Positions 34,332 through 44,544 of a DNA stretch of 64,000 nucleotides are shown in pieces (within the stretch, counting starts at the first letter, position 1; every line of letters begins with the position of its first letter). Origin of the DNA: Clostridiales bacterium (GTDB lineage: Bacteria; Bacillota; Clostridia; Christensenellales; Borkfalkiaceae). The notes beneath the pieces were generated by a model, which ran no database searches, had not been told where the DNA came from, and saw only the letters and a list, made by a program, of their open reading frames with translations. Both the position numbers and the translations under genes were made by a program. The stretch covers positions 14,523-78,522 of the forward strand of contig SVIG01000007.1 in the NCBI GenBank assembly GCA_015071005.1. Direction: 5' to 3'.

Positions 34332-34361
34332 TTGACAAGTGGTCACGAGTGGTTGTATAAT
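34332..34361 (+). promoter_or_regulatory. dcw-cluster promoter with MraZ-box-like direct repeats in the spacer
   Basis: TTGACA (34332-34337), then TGTATAAT (extended -10, 34354-34361). AAGTGGT (34337-34343) and GAGTGGT (34347-34353) are spaced 10 nt apart. Confidence 0.6.
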
Positions 34362-34417
34362 AATGTCAATGATACTTTACCCTGCGCGGGGTGGAATTTT
34401 TGCAAGGAGGAAACGTA

Positions 34418-34843
34418 ATGTTCAAAGGCATGTTCGAGCATCAACTTGACGACAAAAACCGCTTGCGTATTCCTTCGAAGTTCAAAAAAGAGCTCGTAGG
34501 GGAAAGCGGCGAAAAATCGTATAGCTTTTTCAGAGGTATGAATCGTTGTATTTGCGTTATGGCTGACGATCAGCTTGACGAGACGGTTGCGGCGATTTCC
34601 GACGATGCGATTTCCGAATCGAGCCAAGCTGCGACGATGTTCTTTAGCTCGATCTTTTCCGCGGAAGAAGACGCGCAAGGGAGAGTGGTCTTGCCTCCGA
34701 TTCTTAAACGGATTGCAGGAATCAAAAAGGACATTATAACGATTGGCCGCGGAAACCGCTTGGAAATTTGGGCGGCTGAAAGATATTACGAATACATTGA
34801 AGGGGTCGATTTCGACGCCGAACTCAAAAAATTGGGGATATAA
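34418..34843 (+). CDS. mraZ: transcriptional regulator MraZ
   Basis: MFKGMFEHQLDDKNRLRIPSKF with a second DxxGR repeat (DAQGRVVLP). SD AAGGAGG precedes the ATG at 34418. Confidence 0.9.
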   Translation: MFKGMFEHQLDDKNRLRIPSKFKKELVGESGEKSYSFFRGMNRCICVMADDQLDETVAAISDDAISESSQAATMFFSSIFSAEEDAQGRVVLPPILKRIAGIKKDIITIGRGNRLEIWAAERYYEYIEGVDFDAELKKLGI

Positions 34844-34846
34844 AAC

Positions 34847-35785
34847 ATGTTGGAATTTTCGCACAAACCCGTTATGCCAGAAGAATGTATGGAAGGCCTT
34901 GCGTTGAAGGACGGGGGGATTTATTTCGACGGCACGGTCGGCGGTGGCGGACATTCCTATGAAATTTTGAAAAGGACTGCGCCAAACGGTCGATTGATTG
35001 CAACCGATCTTGACGACGAGGCAATAGCGGCTGCGAGCGCGCGCTTGAGTCCCTTTGAAGGTAGATTTGAAATTTATAAATCCAACTATAAGGATTTTGC
35101 GGAAGTTTTTGCGCAAGCCGGCATTGATGAGATTGACGGCGCGCTTTTGGACTTTGGCGTATCTTCTCATCAAATTGACGATGAAGATAGAGGATTTACT
35201 TATAGAGCAAAGGACGCGCCTTTGGATATGCGAATGAATACGTCGGCGTATCTTACGGCGGAAATCGTATTAAATACGTATTCGGAAGCGGACATTGCTC
35301 GCATCTTAAAAACGTACGGCGAGGAAACGTTTGCAAAGCAAATTGCAAGAAACGTCGTAAAATTTAGAGAAAAACAACCGATTAAGACGTCGGGGGAATT
35401 TGCGGAAATCATTAAAAACAGCATTCCTGCAAAATTCAGATTCGGCGCACCTTGCGAAAGGAAGAGCTTTCAAGCTTTGAGGATCGAGGTTAACGGCGAG
35501 CTTGACGGTTTGTACGAATTGGTAATCAATCTTTCGAGAAGATTGAAAAAGGGCGGTCGTATTGCAATACTCACCTTCCATTCGTTAGAAGATAGGATTG
35601 TGAAAGAGGCGTTTAGGGAACTGGAAAATCCTTGCACTTGTCCTGGAAATTTTCCCGTATGCGTATGCGGGAAGAAACCCGAATTAAAGGTAATTACGCG
35701 CAAACCGATTACGGCGACGGAAGAGGAGCTTGCGTATAATTCAAGAAGTAAATGTGCAAAACTCAGAATTGCGGAAAGAATATGA
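34847..35785 (+). CDS. rsmH: 16S rRNA (cytosine1402-N4)-methyltransferase
   Basis: 312 aa containing HKPVM and DGTVGGGGHS. Confidence 0.95.
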   Translation: MLEFSHKPVMPEECMEGLALKDGGIYFDGTVGGGGHSYEILKRTAPNGRLIATDLDDEAIAAASARLSPFEGRFEIYKSNYKDFAEVFAQAGIDEIDGALLDFGVSSHQIDDEDRGFTYRAKDAPLDMRMNTSAYLTAEIVLNTYSEADIARILKTYGEETFAKQIARNVVKFREKQPIKTSGEFAEIIKNSIPAKFRFGAPCERKSFQALRIEVNGELDGLYELVINLSRRLKKGGRIAILTFHSLEDRIVKEAFRELENPCTCPGNFPVCVCGKKPELKVITRKPITATEEELAYNSRSKCAKLRIAERI

Positions 35786-35844
35786 GCCGCGCTTGATAAG
35801 ATAAAGGGAAAACTTGGGAAAAACGGGGATACGGAGGAGCGAAA

Positions 35845-36444
35845 ATGGAACAATTGCTTGAAAGAACGCTGCAAACGTCGGTTGACACGCAAGAAGCACA
35901 GCAACATAACGCACAAATCAATGAACGTTATCGTAAATTGTTGAGCGCGGAAAACGATCAGTTTTCCGAGCAAAATAACGTTGCACCTACGGTATCCAAC
36001 GTCGTAGCGCCCACGGTAAGCGAAACGCCTGTAATGGAACAATCGCCCCAAGTGACGGAGTTTGTGCACGAAAGAGTAAGCGCGCCCGTGTTTACGGCGG
36101 ATAAATTTGATTTAATCCGCGAGCAGGCGGTTAAAGTTGCGCCCATCGTTGCGCCCGTATTTGAAAGAAAGGAAGCGGTTGCAGTAGAAGCGCAATATTC
36201 GCTTACGCCGCTTGCAAAGGTCGTGATGGCAGTTTTCACGATGATTGTGATTGCGATGCTTACGATGATTTGTCTTAATACGAAATGGATTGAAAACAAG
36301 TCTACGCGCATTAAGAACTTGGAAAAGCAAAGAGAAGAACTCATGGAAAGAAACGAGGAAATTCAGCAAAGAATTGAAATTGCGCAGTCGGAAGAAACCA
36401 TTCGTCAGTACGCAGAATCGCACGGAATGGTGCAAGTCGGTTAA
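35845..36444 (+). CDS. ftsL: FtsL-like cell-division protein with a long N-terminal region
   Basis: 199 aa with a single TM segment (VVMAVFTMIVIAMLTMICL) followed by a coiled coil. It sits between rsmH and the PBP gene. Confidence 0.65.
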   Translation: MEQLLERTLQTSVDTQEAQQHNAQINERYRKLLSAENDQFSEQNNVAPTVSNVVAPTVSETPVMEQSPQVTEFVHERVSAPVFTADKFDLIREQAVKVAPIVAPVFERKEAVAVEAQYSLTPLAKVVMAVFTMIVIAMLTMICLNTKWIENKSTRIKNLEKQREELMERNEEIQQRIEIAQSEETIRQYAESHGMVQVG

Positions 36445-36530
36445 AAAAAGAATAGGAGTAAAGGCTTATCAAAAAATTAAATAACGAATATTCGGTAACG
36501 ATTTTACGAAAGAGGTTATTCGCCATTGTT

Positions 36531-38219
36531 TTGGCGGTAACCTTTCTTTTTTGCTTTTTATGCGTAAGATTTTTCTACGTGCAGGTTTTATGGAGCGAAG
36601 AGCTTGGCTATCGCGCTCTCGATCAATGGACGAGGGAAATCCCGATTGTGGCGGAGCGCGGGCAAATTACGGATAGAAACGGCGTGGTGTTAGCGGACAA
36701 TACGACGGCTTACACCGTTTTTGCGCGCTCAAACGCGCTCACGGACAAGGAAAAAACGGCAGCGGCTCTTGCGGAAATTTTAGAAGTGGACCGTTCGCAG
36801 CTTTATGAAAAGCTCACCAAGAAAAAGGCGTCCGAAATCACGATTGCCAAAAAAGTGGACAAAGAAAAAATTGAGAAATTATCGCAACTATCCTTGGATG
36901 GGATTTACTATTCACGCGACAATCTTCGTTATTACCCGAAAGAGGACGCGCTTTGTCAAGTGTTGGGCTTTACGTCCACGGACAATATCGGTACTACGGG
37001 GATTGAAAAGTATTACGACAAGTATTTACTGGGTGAAAACGGTGAGCTTTTGTATGAAACCGACTTGGTGGGAATCGAGCTAAAAAATAGCGTCGCCGCG
37101 TACCTGCCTGCCGAAAATGGCTATAACGTACAGCTTACCATCGATTACGGAATACAGGAAATTGCTGAGTCAGCGCTAGAAAAAACAGCGGCTCAATATA
37201 ACCCTGTAAGCGCGGAATGTATCGTCTTAGACGTCAATACGTTTGAAGTGTTGGCACTTGCAAATTATCCGTCCTACAACTTAAACGAAGTCCCGAGGAA
37301 TGATATGGAGCTTTTGAATAAGCTTACTCGAAACGGTTTGGTATGCGATATTTACGAGCCAGGCTCGACCTTCAAAATTATCACGTCTGCAATCAATATT
37401 GAAGAGAATTTGCAAGGGAATCCAAATGCCTTTTCAACTCGATACGTTTTCAATAGCTCGCGTACTCGTGCGGTGGATGGAACGAAAGTCAAGTGTTGGA
37501 GTAATCATGCGAACGGAAAGCACAGCAATCAAACGCTTGCGGAAGCTTTGAATAATAGCTGTAACCCCTGTTTTACGGACATTGCGTTATCACTTGGGAA
37601 AGAGACCTTTTACGAGTATTTGTCGGCGTTTGGTTTCGGCACGCGGACGGGGATTGATTACGGAGGCGAGGCATACGGACTATTGATGCCCAAAGAAGCG
37701 GTGCGGAATTGCGATTTGGCGCGTATTGGGTTTGGGCAAACGATTGCGGTTTCGGGAATACAGCTTGCTTGTGCAACGGCGGCAGCGGTCAACGGCGGAT
37801 ATTATTACACGCCGCATTTGGTAAAGCGAATTTATGCGGACGACGGCTATATTTTGCAGCAAAATAAAAAATCCTTGCAAAATCGCACAATTAGTGAAGA
37901 AGCGTCTAAAACGCTTGCAAAAATGCTCGAAGGGGTAGTCAAGGACGGAAGCGGTAAAAAGGCGTATATCGAAGGATATAAAATTGCGGGGAAAACGGGT
38001 ACGGCGCAAACCTTTGAAGACGGTAAAATAGCGGTGGGAAAATACGTTTCTTCGTTCGTGGGCTTTTTTCCTGCCGATAAACCGCAGTATTTGGCGTTAG
38101 TTATTGTCAAAGAACCGCAGGGCGCGTATTACGGTAGCGTAGTTGCCGCACCATGCGCTCGCGAAATTTTTGAGGGAATTATTTCGTTAAAAAACATACA
38201 ACCGCGGACAGGCGAATAA
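36531..38219 (+). CDS. class B penicillin-binding protein (FtsI/PBP2B-like transpeptidase)
   Basis: Motifs STFK, SCN and KTGTA. The TTG at 36531 is the only canonical start, but the frame is open from 36462 and the upstream residues look like a genuine N-terminus (see finding). Confidence 0.85.
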   Translation: MAVTFLFCFLCVRFFYVQVLWSEELGYRALDQWTREIPIVAERGQITDRNGVVLADNTTAYTVFARSNALTDKEKTAAALAEILEVDRSQLYEKLTKKKASEITIAKKVDKEKIEKLSQLSLDGIYYSRDNLRYYPKEDALCQVLGFTSTDNIGTTGIEKYYDKYLLGENGELLYETDLVGIELKNSVAAYLPAENGYNVQLTIDYGIQEIAESALEKTAAQYNPVSAECIVLDVNTFEVLALANYPSYNLNEVPRNDMELLNKLTRNGLVCDIYEPGSTFKIITSAINIEENLQGNPNAFSTRYVFNSSRTRAVDGTKVKCWSNHANGKHSNQTLAEALNNSCNPCFTDIALSLGKETFYEYLSAFGFGTRTGIDYGGEAYGLLMPKEAVRNCDLARIGFGQTIAVSGIQLACATAAAVNGGYYYTPHLVKRIYADDGYILQQNKKSLQNRTISEEASKTLAKMLEGVVKDGSGKKAYIEGYKIAGKTGTAQTFEDGKIAVGKYVSSFVGFFPADKPQYLALVIVKEPQGAYYGSVVAAPCAREIFEGIISLKNIQPRTGE

Positions 38220-38254
38220 GATAAACTATATTAAATAAAGGAAGGCGAAAGGGT

Positions 38255-39733
38255 ATGCGGTTGACGGAAATTATCAAAGAACTAAATGGGGAAATATGTT
38301 TTAGCGGCGAAGATGTGGAAAGGGAAATACATTCTATACAAGTGGATAGCCGAAAGCGGGTAGAAAATGGACTTTTCGTGTGCATCAAAGGGGAAAGAAC
38401 GGATTCTCATTTGAAAGCTACGGAAGCGATAAAAAGCGGTGCGGTGGCGTTAATTGCGGAAAAACGCTTGAACGTGTCCGTGCCGCAAATTCTCGTGTCC
38501 GATTCTCGTGTGGCTTTGGGCAAAGTAGCGGCGAAATTTTACGGTGAGCCTGCCAAAAGTATGAAGGTTATCGGTATTACGGGTACGAATGGAAAAACGA
38601 CGACTTCGTTTATGCTTTCGTCGATTTTAGAGCAGGAAGGGAAAAAAGTGGGTGTAATCGGTACGTTGGGGGTACGATACGGTGAAAAAAATTATCCGTC
38701 GGCATTGACTACGCCCGATCCGCTCGATTTGCATAAAACCTTTGCCGATATGCGTGCAAACGGCGTCGAATACGTGGTTATGGAAGTTTCCGCGCATGCT
38801 TTATATTACAAAAAAACGGCGGGGATAGAATTTTCCGCTTGTATTTTTACCAATCTCACGCAAGACCATTTAGACTTCTTCAAAAATATGCAATCGTATA
38901 AAGAAGCAAAGGAGCGGTTGTTTCAAGAGTACGGGGAGTGCGTGGCGATTCTAAACGGCGATGACGAGTGTGGTCGAGAAATCGGGAAATTCCGTGAAAA
39001 ACAAGGGAAAGGGAAAACGCTTTTTTATGGCTTAAATACTCCTGCCGATTCCTTTGCAATTATTACTGCGGACGGACTGGACGGTACGGAGTGTATGCTG
39101 AATATCAGCGATAAGCTTTGCCGAATTTCTCTATCGATTCTCGGTCGGCATAACGTCTATAATGCGCTTGCGGCAGCGACTTGCGCGACGGAGTTGGGTG
39201 TTTCTATGACGTCGATTGCGCGCGGCTTGATGGGGCTTGAAAACGTTTCGGGACGGTTAGAATACGTAGGGTCGCATCGGGATGTAAAAGTATACGTGGA
39301 TTTCGCGCATACGCCCGACGCGCTTCGAAATTCATTAGAAACGTTAAAAAGATATTGTAAGGGTAGACTCTTATGCTTGTTTGGATGCGGTGGAAACCGC
39401 GATAAGGGCAAGCGAGCGATTATGGGGGAGATTGCGGCAAAATACGCAGATTTTACTATTTTAACGTCGGATAATCCGCGCTATGAAGATCCGCTTGATA
39501 TCATTGCGGATATTGAAAGGGGGCATAGGCGTTTTTCCTCGCGATACGTTGTCGTGCCTGATCGGGAAACGGCAATCGATTATGCGTTGGATTTTTCCAA
39601 AGGGGAAGATATACTTCTTATTGCAGGCAAGGGTGCGGAAGATTATCAAGAAATTATGGGTATAAAATACCCCTTCAAGGATAATGATATTACTATCAAT
39701 TTATTAAAAAAGAAAGAAAAAGAGCTTCGTTGA
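38255..39733 (+). CDS. murE: UDP-N-acetylmuramoyl-L-alanyl-D-glutamate--2,6-diaminopimelate ligase
   Basis: 492 aa with GITGTNGKTTT and a DNPR motif (SDNPRYEDP). Confidence 0.9.
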   Translation: MRLTEIIKELNGEICFSGEDVEREIHSIQVDSRKRVENGLFVCIKGERTDSHLKATEAIKSGAVALIAEKRLNVSVPQILVSDSRVALGKVAAKFYGEPAKSMKVIGITGTNGKTTTSFMLSSILEQEGKKVGVIGTLGVRYGEKNYPSALTTPDPLDLHKTFADMRANGVEYVVMEVSAHALYYKKTAGIEFSACIFTNLTQDHLDFFKNMQSYKEAKERLFQEYGECVAILNGDDECGREIGKFREKQGKGKTLFYGLNTPADSFAIITADGLDGTECMLNISDKLCRISLSILGRHNVYNALAAATCATELGVSMTSIARGLMGLENVSGRLEYVGSHRDVKVYVDFAHTPDALRNSLETLKRYCKGRLLCLFGCGGNRDKGKRAIMGEIAAKYADFTILTSDNPRYEDPLDIIADIERGHRRFSSRYVVVPDRETAIDYALDFSKGEDILLIAGKGAEDYQEIMGIKYPFKDNDITINLLKKKEKELR

Positions 39734-39749
39734 GCTCTTAAGGCGGAGT

Positions 39750-40700
39750 ATGAAGCAAAATCTCTTTTGCGCCTTAACGGCGTTTGCGTTATCCTTTGTG
39801 TTTTTACTTATTTTAATTCCCATTTTGCGGAAAATGAAAGCAGGACAAAATATACTCGTTTATGTGGAAGAACATAAATTGAAAGGCGGCACACCTACTA
39901 TGGGTGGGCTCGCCTTTATTTTCGCTGCCGTTATTGCATCCGCGCTCTTTATTCGAAAACTGGATAGAACGCTCGTTATTACCAATTTAATTGGAATTTC
40001 CTATATGATTGTAGGTTTATTGGACGATTTTCTCAAGAAAAAACGCCGAGAAAACTTGGGGCTCCGAGCTTGGCAAAAATTCCTTTTTCAAGTTTTGATT
40101 GCGATTTTTTCGGGAATTTATTGTTATCGAAGCGGCTTAACGAAGTGGCGGGTACCGTTTGTGGATAAAAGCTGGGAAATCGGTTGGTTTGTCGTACCCA
40201 TGTCCGCGTTTATTTTTGTTGCGATCGTGAATGCGGTAAATTTGACGGACGGTTTAGACGGTTTGGCAGCAGGGGTTTCCGTGCCTTTCTTTTTGTGTTT
40301 TGGGGTCTTGGCAATTTTACGCGATAGTGGGGCTTTGGGAACGACGTCGTTTGCGTTGGTCGGTTCGTTGATGGCATACTTGCTTTTTAATGCGCCGCCT
40401 GCGAGTGTTTTTATGGGGGATACTGGTTCGTTGGCGCTTGGCGGTTTTGCGGCGGCGATTGCGATTTTTAGTGAAAATGCCTTGTATTTGCCAATTATAG
40501 GAGCTTGTTTTGTCTTTTCAGTAATATCTGTTATGATTCAAGTAATATACTATAAAGCAACGGGTGGGAAACGAGTGTTTTTAATGGCACCAGCTCATCA
40601 TCATTTTCAAAAAAAAGGGTACTCGGAAAGCCGTATTTCATACGCCTATTTTACGATTACCGGATTGTTAGGTGCGATTTGCATTGCATTCGCGCTGTAA
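39750..40700 (+). CDS. mraY: phospho-N-acetylmuramoyl-pentapeptide transferase
   Basis: 316 aa, polytopic, with NLTDGLDGLA and HHHF motifs. Confidence 0.95.
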   Translation: MKQNLFCALTAFALSFVFLLILIPILRKMKAGQNILVYVEEHKLKGGTPTMGGLAFIFAAVIASALFIRKLDRTLVITNLIGISYMIVGLLDDFLKKKRRENLGLRAWQKFLFQVLIAIFSGIYCYRSGLTKWRVPFVDKSWEIGWFVVPMSAFIFVAIVNAVNLTDGLDGLAAGVSVPFFLCFGVLAILRDSGALGTTSFALVGSLMAYLLFNAPPASVFMGDTGSLALGGFAAAIAIFSENALYLPIIGACFVFSVISVMIQVIYYKATGGKRVFLMAPAHHHFQKKGYSESRISYAYFTITGLLGAICIAFAL

Positions 40701-40711
40701 GGGAGTAAGAT

Positions 40712-42121
40712 ATGTATTTGAAAAATCAGACGTTTTTGGTGTTGGGTTTGTCCAAATCAGGGTGCGCGGCGACGGAGTTTTTGCTCTCAAAAAAGGCGCT
40801 TGTTTATGTTTATGACGATATTTCCAATCCACGTATTGAGCAGGCTTTATCTGCTTTGACGGAGAAGGGCGCGAAAAAGCTTGAAAGGGAGGAATTGAGC
40901 AGCGCAGTAACTCGTTGCGACGGACTTGTTTTAAGCCCTGGGATTCCCATTGATCATCCGATTGCGGTTGAGTTTCGGCGAAATGGAAAAGCGGTGCTTG
41001 GAGAAACGGAGCTTGCTGCGCGGTATATGCGCGCGACGAGTATTGCCGTTACGGGTACGAACGGAAAAACAACGACGGTTTCTCTTTTGACGGAAATCTT
41101 GAAGCATGGTGGTATGAGCGCGAAATCTTGCGGAAATATCGGCGCACCGATGGTGGAATTTTGCGATATGTACGAAGACGAGGTTGCCGTTGCGGAAATT
41201 TCGAGCTTTCAGTTAGAAACACTTAATTCTTTTCGGCCGCATATTGCGATTGTGTTGAATGTGACTGAAGATCATCTTAACCGCCACTACAATATGGAAA
41301 ATTACGTTTTTCTCAAACGTAAACTTTTGAAAAATTTAACGGAAACGGAATATTGTATACTTAATTACGATGATTCGATTGTGCGCGAGTTTTCCACGAA
41401 AACGAAATCGAAAATTTTGTACTTTTCTGTGCGTGAACGCGTACACGGTGCCTATTATTCGGACGGTGCGCTCTATTTCGGCGATGAAAAAATTCTTGCG
41501 GCTTCCGAGCTTTTTGACGATAGTTTACATAATATTCAAAACGCGCTTGCATGTATTATCGCGGCGAAGCTGATGGGGGTAAAAACGGCGGATATCGCTG
41601 CCGCACTTGCTTCGTTTAAGGGGGTAAGGCATCGCTTGGAGTTTGTGGATGAAATCGACGGCGTTTACTATGTAAACGATTCGAAGGCTACAAACGTAGA
41701 CGCGACGGTGAAAGCAATATCCGCAATCGATACGGAAGTCGTGCTTCTTTTGGGAGGAAAAAACAAAGGTTATAATTATGCGAAGCTTTTTAAGGCAGTA
41801 GGGATGTCACGGGTGAAATACGCCGTATTGTACGGCGAAAACCGCTATGAACTACTTGAAAGTGCGCGCGGCTTGGGTTTTCATGCCTTTACGCTGTGCG
41901 AGTCGTTCGATTTTGCCGTCCGTATTGCGATTATGAAAGCGGAAAAGGGGCAAACGGTGCTTTTAAGTCCTGCGAGCGCAAGCTTTGACGAGTTTGCTGG
42001 ATACGAAGAAAGGGGTGATAGATTTGTGGAAATCGTCCGTTCTATCGCAAAAGAAGAAAACGAAGCAATCGAGCCCAGCGACGCGCTCGATGAATGTGTT
42101 TCCAAAGAAGAAAAAGAATAA
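40712..42121 (+). CDS. murD: UDP-N-acetylmuramoylalanine--D-glutamate ligase
   Basis: 469 aa with GTNGKTTT, in the usual dcw position. Confidence 0.9.
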   Translation: MYLKNQTFLVLGLSKSGCAATEFLLSKKALVYVYDDISNPRIEQALSALTEKGAKKLEREELSSAVTRCDGLVLSPGIPIDHPIAVEFRRNGKAVLGETELAARYMRATSIAVTGTNGKTTTVSLLTEILKHGGMSAKSCGNIGAPMVEFCDMYEDEVAVAEISSFQLETLNSFRPHIAIVLNVTEDHLNRHYNMENYVFLKRKLLKNLTETEYCILNYDDSIVREFSTKTKSKILYFSVRERVHGAYYSDGALYFGDEKILAASELFDDSLHNIQNALACIIAAKLMGVKTADIAAALASFKGVRHRLEFVDEIDGVYYVNDSKATNVDATVKAISAIDTEVVLLLGGKNKGYNYAKLFKAVGMSRVKYAVLYGENRYELLESARGLGFHAFTLCESFDFAVRIAIMKAEKGQTVLLSPASASFDEFAGYEERGDRFVEIVRSIAKEENEAIEPSDALDECVSKEEKE

Positions 42122-43229
42122 AAAACACGGGAACATACTCATTCTTATCTTGACGGTGGGGTTGGCGTTTTTTAGTTTGATTGCGATCTATTCCGCGAGT
42201 GGTTACGTTGCGAAAACACAGTACGGCGACGCGTGGTATTTCGTGAGAAAACAGGGAGTCGGTTTTGCTGTCGGGTTGGTCGTGATGCTTTTTTGCTGTC
42301 GGTTTGATTATCATAAGCTGCAAGGAAAAAAGGCGAGATGGGTTTGCTACGTGATACCCGTAATTTTGTTGGGGCTTGTGTTTGTGCCTGGGCTGGGTAA
42401 GACGAATTACGGCGCGACGCGTTGGATTGGTATAGGCGGTTTTACCTTACAGCCGTCGGAGCTTGCAAAGTACGGCTTTGTGATTTTTGCTTCGGCGTAT
42501 ATGGCGGATAATATGGGTCGCATACGCACTTTTAAGGGCGTTTTACCCGTGCTTTTAACGGGCGGAGTAGTGTGCGTTTTGATTATTATCGAGCCGAATA
42601 TGTCGGTGACAATGTGCGTGGCGCTTGTAATGCTTTCGATGCTCTTTGTCGGCGGTATGAAAATGAAGCATTTTTTGATTATTTTCATACCTGCTATGCT
42701 CGCTGTACCTATTATGATTATCGCCGAGCCGTATAGAATGTCCCGTTTAAGCGCCTTTATCGATCCTTGGGAATCCCCGAAAGGCGAGGGGTATCAGTTG
42801 ATACAGTCTTTATATGCGTTAGGAAATGGCGGTTGGTTTGGAACGGGACTTTTCAATTCAAGACAAAAATACCGTTTCCTGCCGTTTGCGGAGAGTGATT
42901 TTATTCTGTCAATTATCGGCGAAGAACTTGGTTTTGTTGGCGTTTTTGTGTTGTTTGGAGTTTGTATTACGTTGGTGCTGCAAGGGATAAAAACGGCAAG
43001 AGAAGCTCCTGATTTTTTCTCGTTTTTGCTTGCGTCGGGGATTACGCTCGTTTACGGCGTGCAAACTTTGATAAATGCACTCGTGGTGAGCGGTAGTATA
43101 CCGCCAACGGGCTTGCCGTTGCCGTTGATTAGCTCGGGGAACACCTCGCTCATTATTACGATGGCGTCGATGGGGGTGCTTTACTCCATTTCTACAAGCA
43201 CAAAAGAAAAAAGCAAAGTCATACAATAA
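42090..43229 (+). CDS. ftsW: FtsW/SpoVE-family peptidoglycan polymerase/lipid II flippase
   Basis: SEDS-family polytopic protein. The ATG at 42090 (MNVFPKKKKNKKHG...) is preferred over the track start at 41985, which would overlap murD by 137 nt. Confidence 0.85.
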   Translation: MNVFPKKKKNKKHGNILILILTVGLAFFSLIAIYSASGYVAKTQYGDAWYFVRKQGVGFAVGLVVMLFCCRFDYHKLQGKKARWVCYVIPVILLGLVFVPGLGKTNYGATRWIGIGGFTLQPSELAKYGFVIFASAYMADNMGRIRTFKGVLPVLLTGGVVCVLIIIEPNMSVTMCVALVMLSMLFVGGMKMKHFLIIFIPAMLAVPIMIIAEPYRMSRLSAFIDPWESPKGEGYQLIQSLYALGNGGWFGTGLFNSRQKYRFLPFAESDFILSIIGEELGFVGVFVLFGVCITLVLQGIKTAREAPDFFSFLLASGITLVYGVQTLINALVVSGSIPPTGLPLPLISSGNTSLIITMASMGVLYSISTSTKEKSKVIQ

Positions 43230-43248
43230 AGCAAAGGAGCTTTGTCGT

Positions 43249-44505
43249 ATGGATAAATTCATCATTGATGGCGGTGAAAAATTATATGGAAAGATCGCGT
43301 TGCAAAGCGCGAAAAACACGGTATTGCCCTTGCTTGCGGCATCCGTACTAACGGACGAACAAGTGCGCATACGAAACGTGCCCACGATCAACGACGTGGA
43401 AAATATGCTACATATTTTAAGTGAGGTCGGTTGCGTGATTCGGCGCAATAAGGAATACGTTGTTATCGACAGTTCAAACGCAGTTTCCCACGAAATTCCT
43501 GCAAGGTTGACAAGGGAACTGCGTTCTTCCGTTTTTATGCTTGGATCGGTATTGACCCGTTTTCAGCGCGCCAAAATTTCCTACCCTGGCGGGTGCGATA
43601 TTGGACTTCGTCCAATCGATTTGCATTTATCGAGTTTGAAACGGCTTGGGGTTAAGATTATCGAAAAGGACGGATATATCGAATGTCAAGCGGAGAAGCT
43701 GCAAGGCGCGGAGATTTTATTGGATTTCCCGAGCGTCGGTGCAACGGAAAATATAATTCTCGCAGCGGTGAAGGCGGAAGGGTGTACGATTATTCGGAAC
43801 GCCGCTAAGGAACCTGAAATTATTGATTTGCAAAATTTCCTTAACGCGATGGGCGCACGTATACGAGGCGCGGGCGGTGGGACAATTGTTATCGAGGGAG
43901 TAAAGCGTTTGCGCGGTATTGATTATACGCCGATCGGGGATCGAATTGAAGCGGGTACTTACTTGATTGCGGCGGCGACTTGCGGCGGTGAAATTCAAAC
44001 GATAGGCGTTCCGCCTGAAAATATTGCGGCGCTTTTGCATAAATTGCGTGAAAACGGTTGCAAAATACATACAAAAAATGATAAAATAGAATTGTCGAGC
44101 GACGGGCGCTTGAAATCGGTGAATATTGTGGAAACAATGCCGTTTCCTGGATTTCCAACGGATATGCAAGCGCAGTACGGCGCTTTGTGCGCTACGGCAA
44201 GGGGTACGACCTTGATTGTCGAAAACCTCTTTGAAACGAGGTATCGCTATGCGGCGGAGTTGAAACGTATGGGTGCGGACGTGATTGTGCGCGATCGTAC
44301 GGCAATCATTCGCGGTGTGGAGCGGTTGCACGGTGCTTGCGTGACGGCGAGTGATTTACGCGGCGGTGCCGCGCTTGTAATAGCGGCACTCAAAGCGGAA
44401 GGACAAAGCGCGGTGATGGATCTTTCTCACGTGGATCGCGGTTATGCGGATTTCGAGGGAAAATTGAAAAAGCTCGGCGCAAAAATTAAGCGTGTGCGTA
44501 TTTGA
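43249..44505 (+). CDS. murA: UDP-N-acetylglucosamine 1-carboxyvinyltransferase
   Basis: 418 aa. N-terminus MDKFIIDGGEKLYGKIALQSAKN and the active-site Cys in GGCDIGLRPIDLH. Confidence 0.9.
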   Translation: MDKFIIDGGEKLYGKIALQSAKNTVLPLLAASVLTDEQVRIRNVPTINDVENMLHILSEVGCVIRRNKEYVVIDSSNAVSHEIPARLTRELRSSVFMLGSVLTRFQRAKISYPGGCDIGLRPIDLHLSSLKRLGVKIIEKDGYIECQAEKLQGAEILLDFPSVGATENIILAAVKAEGCTIIRNAAKEPEIIDLQNFLNAMGARIRGAGGGTIVIEGVKRLRGIDYTPIGDRIEAGTYLIAAATCGGEIQTIGVPPENIAALLHKLRENGCKIHTKNDKIELSSDGRLKSVNIVETMPFPGFPTDMQAQYGALCATARGTTLIVENLFETRYRYAAELKRMGADVIVRDRTAIIRGVERLHGACVTASDLRGGAALVIAALKAEGQSAVMDLSHVDRGYADFEGKLKKLGAKIKRVRI

Positions 44506-44544
44506 ACGCGCAAAGGGCAAAAGAAGTACGAATGGGGATATAAA

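Noticed and set aside
41985-42089. Long 5' extensions suggested by the ORF track: ftsW at 41985, ftsZ at 46610, mraZ at 34391, the 25894 ORF, and the XRE regulator at 32679
   Set aside because: Each extended start lacks an SD and either overlaps the upstream gene substantially or runs through regulatory repeats. Internal ATGs with good SDs give canonical N-termini.
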